Part shown: in pieces, positions 34,701 through 46,583 of the stretch
How the letters are laid out: the number at the start of each line of letters is the position of its first letter
How positions within the stretch are numbered: the first letter of the stretch is position 1
Origin: Octopus bimaculoides
Lineage: Eukaryota
Length of the DNA: 49,415 bases
Reading direction: 5' to 3'
Assembly: GCF_001194135.2 (NCBI RefSeq)
Contig: NC_069001.1
Coordinates: 16,284,374-16,333,788, forward strand
Made by a program: the position numbers and the translations under genes
Notes under the pieces: generated by a model
What the model saw: only the letters and a program-made list of their open reading frames with translations
Told to the model about the DNA's origin: nothing
Databases searched by the model: none

Positions 34701-37700
34701 ATACCTCACATTCTTTCAGCAAACTTCATCCTTAAACAACTTCAACATCTGTCATATTTTAACCTTCACATTTCAAAAATATATTTCAATAGCTTCATAT
34801 TAAACAGCACCTCTCACACAGATATTACATATATATTGAGATAATGCACAAACAATATTACATTCAGCATACTCATGAAGAATCCACAGTTAAAAGTATC
34901 ATGCCATGAAAGCTAGGTTTTATAATCTTTGGTAAAGTTTACCAAGAAAATTATACATTCTTCACATGGCATCATTGCAAAGACTGCTTCATAATATCTG
35001 GGTTTCCTTTTCACAGACAAATGATATTGCAATACTGAAATGCAGCAGGTCCTTAACAAAACAAAAATTCATATATGAATATTTCTTATAAATCTGGGAT
35101 TGGCAATCTCTCTCNNNNNNNNNNNNNNNNNNNNNNNNNNNNNNNNNNNNNNNNNATACACACACATACTCACACACTCACACACACACACACAAAATAA
35201 ATATATATATATACACATTATATATATATATAAATAATTACATATATATGTGAAGAGGGATTGTCTAACTAGTCTCTAAACAAACTAGAAAAGCAACCAA
35301 AATTCTCTATAGTCATGCCTTACCACCTAAAAAAATTATGTCCTAGTAATACTGTTGGAAAACAAAACCAGACTGTCATGGCTGGAGTACTGTTGGTTAT
35401 AGACCAGGATTGATTTAAAGCTAAACAATAACAACAAGCCTACAGTCTGAAAAAAAAGGCAGGGCAGCACATTGGAGATTGTAGTCCTAGATACACAACG
35501 TAAAATGATTGATGGGCAACACTTGATAATAGGTCTGCTGGCCTGAGGTTGAACAATAATAACAGTCAATGTAGAATATAGTGTTGTTTTAAAAATGTAA
35601 CTTGCAATGGATTTGAACTCAAGAATCTATTAAGAGGTAGGTGCTTTAATACCTTATTACTTGACTGTCTTACTTTTAAGACATAAAGGTTTGTCCTCCT
35701 GTCCATGCTCCCCCTTCACCCCCATAGCCCATCTTCCCTACACCCCCTTCCCCACCCCTGATCACCACTACTGTATTCCCCCCTCCTCCATTTCCCCTTA
35801 TGTACCCACCTGCACAAAGTACATCCCTGTGGAACTTTTCCCCTACACATATCCTCCTATTACCTCCCACCCTCTACCTGTACCCACTCATTACCTTCTC
35901 CACCCACCACCCCCTCCATCTACCATTCTCCTTTCACAATCTTGTGAACTCACCCTCTCCAACTTCACCACTTCACTATATGCACTTCCCCATTAACTTG
36001 GGTGAATGGCCCCTGGCCCCTTCCCATCACATCCTCACCATCTTCTCTCTCTCCACCTGAGGCAGCCATGTTCCCCCTCTAATGCAAGACACCTTTTTTT
36101 TTTTTTTGTCCTTCAATGCTTTTCACACACACACCTCAGTTAAGGAGTCTTGTCCCCTGCAAATTACTTGGTGACCTATAGATATAATTTCTATCACATA
36201 GCTTTTATGTAAATATGTAAAACCAGCAGTAGTGATGGGCTCACTGCTGTTGATGCTACATAAAAAGCACTCAGTACGCTGTGTTAAGTGATTAGTGTTA
36301 GGAAGTGCATCCAACTGTAAAAAACCATGTCAAATCAGACAGCAGAGCTTGGTGCAGTCTTCTGACTTGTCGGTTTCTGTCAAATTGTCTGACCCATACC
36401 AGCATGGAAAAGACATTAAATAATGATGATGTAGGAGTCAGTTATATAGTTAACTGAATTGATTCACCCAGTACATATTACTGATATGATACATTTCACC
36501 TGCTTCACAGAGAGAATAAGAACAAAGTTATCACTTGTAGAATGACAAAACTAAAAGCTAGTCAAGTAAACTACTACAGCATCATCACAAACACCTTGTT
36601 TCACAAGCCAATGAAGTAGCTTCTACATGAACACCTGATCTGCTAGAAATTTTAGATAAATCTCTCTCAAACCACACTCCAATGTCTTAAAAGAAAAAAA
36701 AAATGAAGACATATTATATAATGGCCTCTGTTCCTCAGAGCGAGTTGGCCTCATATCTCCTCCATTCTGGTATCCTCACCCACTCATCTTTCCACCTTTC
36801 ATCATTTGTGATGCATCCAACCACCCTACTCTATTTTCAGTCCTTCCTCCCCAGAACATCAATCCCTCTGAAATATCCACCTTGTTTATGTTTTTCCTGC
36901 AAGTATCAACCTGCAACATTTAAACAGAACATTAATGGCATCACACTCACCAGTCTCAGAAGCACTGCAAAGGTCATGGTCTCTGCCCATCACTAAACAG
37001 AACGGTCATGGGTCGAAAGCTTTTGTGTATATGTCTGCATATTCTGAATTGAACTGGGGTCTAAACAATATAAACAACCATTATATTTTATAGGATGAAG
37101 GGAATGTGATTGCCTGACATTCATGCCTTTCTAGGAAACATTAATAACTTAAAGGAAGGAGACAAGAAAAAAAATAGGATGGTCATGGTCGGAATATCTT
37201 TGATCACAAGTTTTCTCCACTAAACATTATTTTATTAGATGAAGGCACAAGCGTAGCTGAGTGGTAAAAAGTTTGCTTCCCAACTACATGGCTATAGGTT
37301 CAGTTCCTATAGTCCTCGATCAATCAAAGTGATGTGAGTGAATTTGATAGAAACTGAAAGAAGCTCATTGTATATGTATGCAAATGTGTGTATATATGTA
37401 TGTGTGAGTGAATGTGTGAATGTATGTATGTATATATGTATGTACGTACGTATGTGTGTATATGGTACTGCCATACAAGCAATGTCATTTATTTCCAATA
37501 TTATGCAAGAACAAGGCAGCAAGTTGGCAGAATCATTAACAAGCTGGCAAAATGCTTTGTGGTATTTTGTCCAACTTTATGTTCTGAGTTCAAATTCCAT
37601 CAAAATCAATTTTGCCTTCCATCCTTTCAAGGTCAATAAAATAAGTACCAGTTGAGTGCTGGGGTCGATTTAATCATCTTTGTTCCTCCCCACAAACTAC

Positions 37701-38288
37701 TGACCTTATGCCAAAATTTGAAAGCAATATCATGCAAAAACATGTCTGGTCATGGGGAAATATTACTTTACTTGGAAACAGACAAAGGTTGGTAACAGGA
37801 AGGGTATCAGGCTGCAGGAAAAACATGCCTCAACAAGTTCTGTCCAACCCATAAGAGCACAGAAAAGTAGACATTAAATTTATGATGATGAAGAGAATGT
37901 GAGTGTGTGAAATTCATGCCTTTGTAGGAGACATTAATAGCCAAAGTGAAAGAGACAAGAAAAACATCTAAAACAGGCAACTGAAAATCAGGTCAGTAAT
38001 AAAACTAAAAGTTGGAAGCTTTTATTTTAAAGTCATTTTTCACACAAAGGAGAGAGAATGCCAAATATATTCTGTAATCTCCACCCCTATTGAATAATGA
38101 ATTAGTTTAGCTAGTTTGGATTTAGGGACCTTTTGTTTGCAGGACCGCATGGTATGCAAATTAACAGAGATGCCAATGTACCAAGGGAGAACACAGTGCA
38201 GTAATAACTACAGTAACGTAGATCTGAATCGAGACATTGCAGTTTTTGTTGTTGCTTATGTTGTTGCGCCTCAAGGCTTCTTCCTTAA

Positions 38289-38488
38289 CTCTTTAGTGTT
38301 CACATTATTCTGTACAATGTAATGCTTATTTATCCACATGTTTGCATTATCTTGTAGCTTTGAGATTTTGATGAGGTAACAGTTTATTTTTAGAAGGATA
38401 TTGTAGGGATAGTGTGAGAGGCCAGATCTGGTTAGTTTGAATATAAAACAGATAGAATATTTGGGCCAGATATGGCCTGTTTAAAGGG
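38289..38488 (-). mobile_element. piggyBac-like MITE, second copy in the opposite orientation
   Basis: TTAA at 38285-38288 and 38489-38492; reverse complement of 21365-21584 with small deletions. Confidence 0.85.
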
Positions 38489-39151
38489 TTAAGTGAGGTG
38501 ACGTATGATCAAAACATGATTGCATTATACAATGTCTTGTTTGAAAATGGTAGGGTATAATTTGAAGGAAATTCCAGCTGTTATTTCTAGAAGGTCAACT
38601 GACCACTTAGAAATGCTTTCCTTCATTGGTAGTTTATCTATTTTTCTATTCTCACATAGTTTAAACAAAAAGCCATTCCAAGTGTCTTATGATATCAATT
38701 CTTTGCTTTCCTTTTGCCTCTCTTATTCCTTTTCCATCATGTATATACTGAAACACATTTTCTATATTTCTTAACAGGTGTATTCATTTTCATTATACAC
38801 ATTCTTCCAGTGTTCTACATTTTTTCAGCCATGTGTTTTGCTTGTCTACTTACACTGTATTTAATTGCTTGTTATTCTTACTTTAGGAAATTGGCACACA
38901 CACACACACACACACACACACNNNNNNNNNNNNNNNNNNNNNNNNNNNNNNNNNNNNNNNNNNNNNNNNNNNNNNNNNNNNNNNNNNNNNNNNNNNNNNN
39001 NNNNNNNNNNNNNNNNNNNNNNNNNNNNNNNNNNNNNNNNNNNNNNNNNNNNNNNNNNNNNNNNNNNNNNNNNNNNNNNNNNNNNNNNNNNNNNNNNNNN
39101 NNNNNNNNNNNNNNNNNNNNNNNNNNNNNNNNNNNNNNNNNNNNNNNNNNN

Positions 39152-39182
<31 letters not shown>

Positions 39183-39789
39183 GAAGCCACCAATATAATA
39201 TACATCTAATATTGGTTTAATATCAATTACAGTTATTTCAATAGCATTTCCATTTCACACCACGCTACACATAAATGATTATACCTGATAAATTACACAA
39301 GACTCGTGCAAGTTATAGAAGTTTGAAATAAAGCGTGCCATCAGACAGTTATTAAACTAAGTCATCATAGATGTTTAACTTACACAAGGCTTGCATGATC
39401 ACACATACTCATTTATGTGTAATATGATGTGAAACAGGATATGATTGAAACAATTGTAATCCATCTTTTTTCTCTGTGAAAATACATATCATTTCATTCT
39501 ATCTAGATTTCCTACACCGATGGACAATACTTTTATAGAATCACAACATTAATGCCAGGCTTATCATACAGATACCAGGAGTTTCTATTGAATGATACAC
39601 AAGGGTTATACCAAGATATTACTAAATACCAATTTACTTCACTTGGAGCTCCAGCATGGCCACAGCATCTGACTGAAACTGATAGTAATAATAATAATAT
39701 AATATTATGTATATAATGATAATATTATATATTAAAAAATCAATATACACAATATATAATATAAAGTGAATTCAAAGAAGAACAAACAA

Positions 39790-39965
39790 GAAAAAACAAT
39801 AATGAGAGGACGTGGTACAAGTACTGTATTACCAGATGCTCAGAAAAGGAAGGAAAGAGGATTTAATGTTTCGAACCAAGCTCTTTGTCAGAAATAGATG
39901 AAAGTCTAAAGGAAGGGAAGATGGAGGAAGAAAATCGCCAACAATACACATGTGGTTACATTTTG
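39790..39965 (-). mobile_element. Penelope-like terminal repeat fragment with a decayed minimal hammerhead core
   Basis: Homologous to 42745-42940. The - strand of 39861-39895 reads ATTT CTGACAA AGAGC TTG GTTC GAAA CA TT AAAT. Confidence 0.55.
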
Positions 39966-40080
39966 AAAATATATAATATATATATATATCGCTCCACTAC
40001 TGCTTAAATCTCAGAGATTTAGAAATATTATATTTCTAATTTTGCTGATCAGTGAATAAACTTCACTATGATTTATATAA

Positions 40081-40212
40081 GTTTGCGAAGGCGAAACAGG
40101 CTTCTCTATCCAGCTGGCAAGCTACTTCAGGCCGATGACGAGCAAAGACTCAGAAACATGTCCCTGAATGCTGGGTAGGCTGGGTGGAGGAGCTTGTCTC
40201 CCCCTCGCAAAC
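40081..40212 (+). ncRNA. Extended type I hammerhead ribozyme motif (near-intact; activity unproven)
   Basis: Stem I proximal TTCAGG (40126-40131)/CCTGAA (40163-40168); core CCGATGA (40132-40138; canonical CUGANGA); stem II CGAG-CAAAGA-CTCA; GAAA (40153-40156); palindromic stem III ACATGT; GUC cleavage triplet (40160-40162). Stem I extends via CTAC/GTAG and a 34-bp helix (40081-40114 with 40179-40212; 3 mismatches, 4 G-U). Confidence 0.72.
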
Positions 40213-40968
40213 TAAAGNNNNNNNNNNNNNNNNNNNNNNNNNNNNNNNNNNNNNNNNNNNNNNNNNNNNNNNNNNNNNNNNNNNNNNNNNNNNNNNNNNN
40301 NNNNNNNNNNNNNNNNNNNNNNNNNNNNNNNNNNNNNNNNNNNNNNNNNNNNNNNNNNNNNNNNNNNNNNNNNNNNNNNNNNNNNNNNNNNNNNNNNNNN
40401 NNNNNNNNNNNNNNNNNNNNNNNNNNNNNNNNNNNNNNNNNNNNNNNNNNNNNNNNNNNNNNNNNNNNNNNNNNNNNNNNNNNNNNNNNNNNNNNNNNNN
40501 NNNNNNNNNNNNNNNNNNNNNNNNNNNNNNNNNNNNNNNNNNNNNNNNNNNNNNNNNNNNNNNNNNNNNNNNNNNNNNNNNNNNNNNNNNNNNNNNNNNN
40601 NNNNNNNNNNNNNNNNNNNNNNNNNNNNNNNNNNNNNNNNNNNNNNNNNNNNNNNNNNNNNNNNNNNNNNNNNNNNNNNNNNNNNNNNNNNNNNNNNNNN
40701 NNNNNNNNNNNNNNNNNNNNNNNNNNNNNNNNNNNNNNNNNNNNNNNNNNNNNNNNNNNNNNNNNGGCTTCCTTCAATTTTTGTCTATCAAATCCACTCA
40801 CAAGGGTTTGGTTGGCCTGTGGTTATAGTAGAAGACACTTGCCCAAGCTAGCTGTCATGGAGCGGGACTGAACCCAGAACTATGTGGTTGGGAAGCAAGC
40901 TTCTGCCACACAGCCATATATATATGTATATTATGAAACAGCCATATATATATATATATACACACACA

Positions 40969-41463
40969 CAAGAGTTAAGGAATGGGGTAGATAAGATCTG
41001 GGCTACATACATTTCATAGCGAGCGGAACCTCGGAAGTGGTAAATATTCAAGCAAGGTGTATACCACAGATTAATCATCAGGCCAAGGGTATTTTGATTG
41101 AATGAAAGTTTACATTGTCACAAGGAGGTACTTAACACATGGAAGAATCGATCAAAATGTGTAGGGAGCACAGCAAGAGTGGAGAATATAAATGTAGAAA
41201 GAAATCAGGAATAATTAGGAATAATTTCTTTCTACATTTATATTCTCCACTCTTACTGTGCTCTCTACACATTCCGATCGAATCTTCCATACGTTAACAA
41301 ATACCTCCTTGCAACAATGTAAACTTTCATTCAATCAAGATACACTTGGCCTGACAAGTAGCCTGCAGTCTACACATCGCTTGGATATTTACCACTTCCA
41401 AAGTTCCACTCACTATGAAACATATGTAGCCGGGATCTTATCTACTCCATTCCTTAACTCTTG
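40969..41463. mobile_element. ~495-bp palindromic foldback element
   Basis: Arms ~40969-41205 and ~41224-41463 are reverse complements (roughly 85% identical by eye) around an 18-nt loop. Ends CAAGAGTTAAGGAATGG...CCATTCCTTAACTCTTG; TA on the right, CA on the left. Confidence 0.9.
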
Positions 41464-41659
41464 TATTCTTACCTGGCAACCTTGGTTGCCTACTATGAAA
41501 TATAAAAAGAACTTTTTTCAGTCTATCCTACTTCAATATGAAAAAATCTATAACCTTCTGTCTCAATAAACTACTATTGTCCCTGAAAGTTGTTTTTTTT
41601 AATATTTACTACGGATTGCTTCAAGCTAACTTTCCTCCTACACCTTGATCCTTGGATCT

Positions 41660-41695
<36 letters not shown>

Positions 41696-41696
<1 letters not shown>

Positions 41697-42196
41697 TGAG
41701 TCATCCCATAAATAATGTGGTTTTTTTCAATTGCATGAACTAAAAATTGGAGGGGGACAGGATAAACTACCCGCTGGAAGGCAAGCGACCATCTTTGGTT
41801 TCAAGACGAAAGATGTTCTTCCGTCAGGATAATGCCTGGCCACATACAGCGAGGATGACATTTAAAAGGCTGGAGCAGTTTGAATGGGAAACGATGCCAC
41901 ACCTACCATATTCGCCAGACATTGCCCCATCTGATTATCATTTATTCTGCAATCTTCAAAATCATTTAGAAAAAATATGAATTCTTTAAACGAGGTCAAC
42001 ACAGTACTGGAGGAGTATCTTTCATCACAAACAAGTGAATTTTGGAAGAGGGGGCCTTGCAAGTCCACAAGGAAGAGACAAGAACATTGTTTAAAAATAA
42101 AAGAAGTATAAAACAAAACGCTCCATAAATTATCTTTACAATTTGAAAAAGTCAGTGACAAAAATAACGACAACTAAGCAGAGTTTATATAAAAAC
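41696..42196 (+). mobile_element. Internally deleted mariner
   Basis: TA|TTGAGTCATCCCATAAATAATG TIR jumps directly to RQDNAWPHTA..WETMPHLPYSPDIAPSDYHLFCNLQN. The 3' end runs into an N gap. Confidence 0.9.
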
Positions 42197-42663
42197 NNNN
42201 NNNNNNNNNNNNNNNNNNNNNNNNNNNNNNNNNNNNNNNNNNNNNNNNNNNNNNNNNNNNNNNNNNNNNNNNNNNNNNNNNNNNNNNNNNNNNNNNNNNN
42301 NNNNNNNNNNNNNNNNNNNNNNNNNNNNNNNNNNNNNNNNNNNNNNNNNNNNNNNNNNNNNNNNNNNNNNNNNNNNNNNNNNNNNNNNNNNNNNNNNNNN
42401 NNNNNNNNNNNNNNNNNNNNNNNNNNNNNNNNNNNNNNNNNNNNNNNNNNNNNNNNNNNNNNNNNNNNNNNNNNNNNNNNNNNNNNNNNNNNNNNNNNNN
42501 NNNNNNNNNNNNNNNNNNNNNNNNNNNNNNNNNNNNNNNNNNNNNNNNNNNNNNNNNNNNNNNNNNNNNNNNNNNNNNNNNNNNNNNNNNNNNNNNNNNN
42601 NNNNNNNNNNNNNNNNNNNNNNNNNNNNNNNNNNNNNNNNNNNNNNNNNNNNNNNNNNNNNNN

Positions 42664-42700
<37 letters not shown>

Positions 42701-42744
42701 ATATGTATGTATGTATATATGTAGGTTCAAAAAAAGGAAAAAGA

Positions 42745-42940
42745 CAAAAAACAATAACAAAAAAACAACAACGTCAGGACGTGATACAGATAGTGTTACT
42801 AGACGCTCGGGAAAGGAAAGAGAGAGAGTATGATGTTTCAAGCGGAGCTCTTCGTTGGAAACAAGGAAAGTTCAAAGAAGGGAAAAACGGAGGAAGAAAA
42901 AAAAATCGCCACCGATGTCCACGAGGTTACATTCTGGAAG
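42745..42940 (-). mobile_element. Penelope-like terminal repeat fragment with a decayed minimal hammerhead core (second copy)
   Basis: The - strand of 42828-42862 reads GTTT CCAACGA AGAGC TCC GCTT GAAA CA TC ATAC; the flanks are homologous to 39790-39965. Confidence 0.55.
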
Positions 42941-43097
42941 GTTACATACATATATATATATAGGCTTTCAGTTTCCGTTTACGGAATCCACTCAAGGCTT
43001 TGTTTGGTGTGAGGCTATAGAAGAAAACACTTGCCCAAGGTGTGAGGCAATTGGACTGAACCTAGGATTATCTGGTTGGGAAGCAAACTTACCACAT

Positions 43098-43146
<49 letters not shown>

Positions 43147-43298
43147 TAAATTTGACATGGGCAATTCTTTCTTGTCTTGGGATTCACGGTCAAACAGCTG
43201 GGTGGAATTGCACGAAAAATTACACAGATGTGTAGAATGATCCAGTGGTGATGGTGGACTTTGTATGTTTTTCATAGCTCCTATGATTACCGAGATAA

Positions 43299-43808
43299 TC
43301 TACTATAATAATACTCTTGTGTTTATGAATGAGAAAGGAAGGGGTGATGTCATACTTGGTAGTGGGATGATGAAAATTGTACTCTGAAAAAAATAAATNN
43401 NNNNNNNNNNNNNNNNNNNNNNNNNNNNNNNNNNNNNNNNNNNNNNNNNNNNNNNNNNNNNNNNNNNNNNNNNNNNNNNNNNNNNNNNNNNNNNNNNNNN
43501 NNNNNNNNNGTGTGTGTGTGTGTGTGTGTGTGTGTGTGCATGTTTTTGTGTGTGCATGTGTGTGCACAATGGAAGTGGGATGGTTCATCTTTGTTCGCTT
43601 AGTATTTGGGTTTATTTTTTGATTTGGTTGAATCTTGGTTGGTTTTTTTTTTTTGTTGGTCAGTTATTTTTAGCGCTTTGACAGAAAAAAGTCATTCTAA
43701 AATTGTTTTTTAATGTAAGCATGCCCAGACAAGTCAAATGCTTACACAGAGCAGGTTTTACAGCCACATCATCCAAATTGACCGGGTGAAACCAGGCTTA
43801 GCTGCTAG
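43299..43808 (+). mobile_element. Non-autonomous Helitron-like element spanning a gap
   Basis: A|TCTACTATAATAATA 5' end at 43299; 3' imperfect hairpin 'ccgggtgaaaccagg' then CTAG|T at 43805-43809. Confidence 0.65.
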
Positions 43809-44429
43809 TATATATATAAAGGATAAGACCGTTATTTAAAATAACGATCATATCAAGTGGCCAGAATGCGAAGAAAAACCTTAGTGGTGGTGACATGGTA
43901 GAAAGCATCTAGTAAAGTCTACAAAGTGGTTGGGGGTAGCAATGTTTCCAGACAAAGACTATGAGCCAAAAATAATACAGGCAAGCAAGACATGAGTCTT
44001 CAACCAGCCTTGAAGGGTAATGACTCTGAATAAGAACTGCTGCCGATCATGATGACCCATCCAACCCATGCTGTCATGGAAAGTGGATGTAAAACACTGA
44101 TGATGATGATTATATATATGGATGTGTATGTGTTTGTGAGAAAATAAAAGAAACGTAAAATAAGAAACAGGTTCACCTTGGAACAAATTTTAATGAAAAA
44201 ATTTTATTTTTATTTTTATTTTGTTTGAGTAATTTAGCCGTTAATGCTCAAAGTGGCAAAGGACACCATTATGGTTAAGCAGTTAGAAACCACAACTGTA
44301 ACCAAACACTTAATCTTCATTAAACTGTGTGGTTTTGACAAACAGATTTTTTTCTATTTATCTATTTATTTTGTTCTAATGTTTTTATTCCTTTGTTGAG
44401 ACAAATTCTAAGAGCGAGACATTGTTACT

Positions 44430-45240
44430 AATACTGGTTTCAAATATTGGCACAAGGCCAGTAAGTTCAGAGAGGAAGGAGCAAGTCGATTACATCATCC
44501 CCAGTGTTCAACTGGTATTTATTTTATTGACCCTGAAAGGACACAAGGCAAAGTTGACCTCAATAGAATTTGAACTCAGAACAAAACCAGACAATGAAAT
44601 GTTGCTTAGCATTTTGCTCGGCATGCTAATGATTCTGCCAGCTTGCAGACCTATATTGTAACTCATATCAGTTTCAAATGTTGGCACAAGGCCAGCAATT
44701 TGGGGGCAGAGGATAAGTCAATTATATCGACTTTAGTGTTCAACAGTGGAGGCGCAATGGCCCAGTGGTTAGGGCAGCGGACTCGCGGTCATAGGATCGC
44801 GGTTTTGATTCCCAGACTGGGCGTTGTGAGTGTTTATTGAGTGAAAACACCTAAAGCTCCACGAGGCTCCGGTAGGGGATGATGGCGAACCCTGCTGTAC
44901 TCTTCCACCACAACTTTCTCTCACTCTTACTTCCTGTTTCTGTTGTGCCTGTAATTCAAAGGGTCAGCCTTGTCACACTGAATATCCCCGAGAACTACGT
45001 TAAGGGTACACGTGTCTGTGGAGTGCTCAGCCACTTGCACGTTAATTTCACGAGTATGCTGTTCCGTTGATCGGATCAACTGGAACCCTCGACGTCGTAA
45101 GCGATGGAGTGCCAACAAGTGTTCAACTGGTACTTATTCTATTAATCTCAAAAGGATGAAAAGTAAAGTCAACCTTGGAAGAATTTGAACTTAGAGTGTA
45201 AAGATGTACAAAATGGCACTATGCATTTTGCCTGGCATGC
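44430..45240 (-). mobile_element. Two tandem SINE family B copies, the second split by a family C SINE
   Basis: The core 'ggtac/tt.atttt..tgaccc..aaagga..aaagt.gacc' occurs at 44510-44560 and resumes at 45125-45180 after the nested insertion. Confidence 0.75.
44748..45117 (+). mobile_element. Young tRNA(Arg)-like SINE (family C variant) with a 10-bp TSD
   Basis: Closely similar to 18278-18667. TSD AGTGTTCAAC at 44735-44744 and 45118-45127. Confidence 0.9.
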
Positions 45241-45564
45241 AAAATGAGTCTGCCAGACCATGGTCCTACATCATTACAAATATTAATGGCTCTACATGTA
45301 ATAAGTATCACCCTACAAACCAATGTACAAGCAGTTATGCAGTTATTTAACTTGCTAGACATAATAGCCAAATCTCCTTTAAATCATATACATTTTACTA
45401 TGTAGATTGCAAGCATGTCTATGTGGTTAGGAAGTTTGCTTCCCAACCATGTGGTTTTGGGTTCAGTCCCACTGCATGGTATCTTGGGCAAGTATCTTCT
45501 ATAGTTCTGAGCTGACCAAAGCCTTGTAGAGGATTTGGTAGACAGAAACTAATATCAATCCCAT

Positions 45565-45582
45565 CATACATACATGCATTTA

Positions 45583-45620
<38 letters not shown>

Positions 45621-45622
45621 CA

Positions 45623-45656
<34 letters not shown>

Positions 45657-45762
45657 TATAGATGTATATATAAATAGATAGATAGATAGGTATAGATACA
45701 CACACACATAGATACATGCATACATACACATAAACAAATATATACACGTGCACACATATACA

Positions 45763-45805
<43 letters not shown>

Positions 45806-45850
45806 ACACACACATACATACATACATACATATATACATACTCACACACA
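45565..45850. repeat. Compound TA/GATA/CA microsatellite
   Basis: Directly visible dinucleotide and tetranucleotide runs. Confidence 0.9.
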
Positions 45851-46583
45851 CGTTGATATCTTTTATTATTACTTTTTTTTAATTTTTCAGTTTTACCTCA
45901 TCTTTCTCCTTTTTCCAAAGAATTACAATATCCAAATGTCACAATAACTATTTCTTTCCATTTCTCCAAGCATTAATTAATAATGTTGATCATGACTTAT
46001 CCCATATTCCATTATTACTTAGTCTTTTGCATTCTATTCGTCATACATTCCCATGGACCTCCCATGTCACTTTCACTAATTTAATCCAAGTATCTTAATT
46101 CTTGGAGTTCCCTGCAATTTGGATTATAGTACTATATGGGATCACATCAGATCTTTACCTTTTATTGAGTATACACATCCACAAATTCGAGGCCCTTGTA
46201 CTTAACAGAACATATATGTGGTCACTTGACTTTTTAAAAATGATAGGCAAATCTTCCTCAGTTCACACCCTACTTCCTTAAAAAACAGAAAGGAGACATG
46301 TTAGATAATGTAGGCTAAAACAGTCTTAAAGACCATTAAAAGAGGCAGAATGGTTTCAATTAGACTGCCCTTAGAGCAGGAGTCTACTGGATTCAGTGCA
46401 AGCAGGAGCTAACAACAACAAAAACCTATGTTGTTACTGTCCTTATTAAGGAGAAGGTGAAGAACATAAGTGTTAGAAAATCTCACTTTGCTCAAGGAAT
46501 TTGGTGTTGTTTTTCTTTTGTTTTGTTTTTTAATGGATAAACAAGAATCAATATTTCTTTGGCTACCACATTCTGGACCATAC

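Noticed and set aside
35655-36075. Pro-rich ORFs (35661-35996, 35800-36060)
   Set aside because: A C/T-rich low-complexity tract, probably a retroelement UTR remnant, with no domain or splice evidence.
36720-36990. 97-aa ORF 36703-36996
   Set aside because: The - strand resembles a decayed RTE C-terminus (GR...W.D motif region), so the + ORF is probably an antisense artefact.
45419-45851. YI/CV/HT-repeat ORFs (also 3761-4036, 37307-37655, 47788-48037)
   Set aside because: Translations of TA/CA/TG microsatellites.
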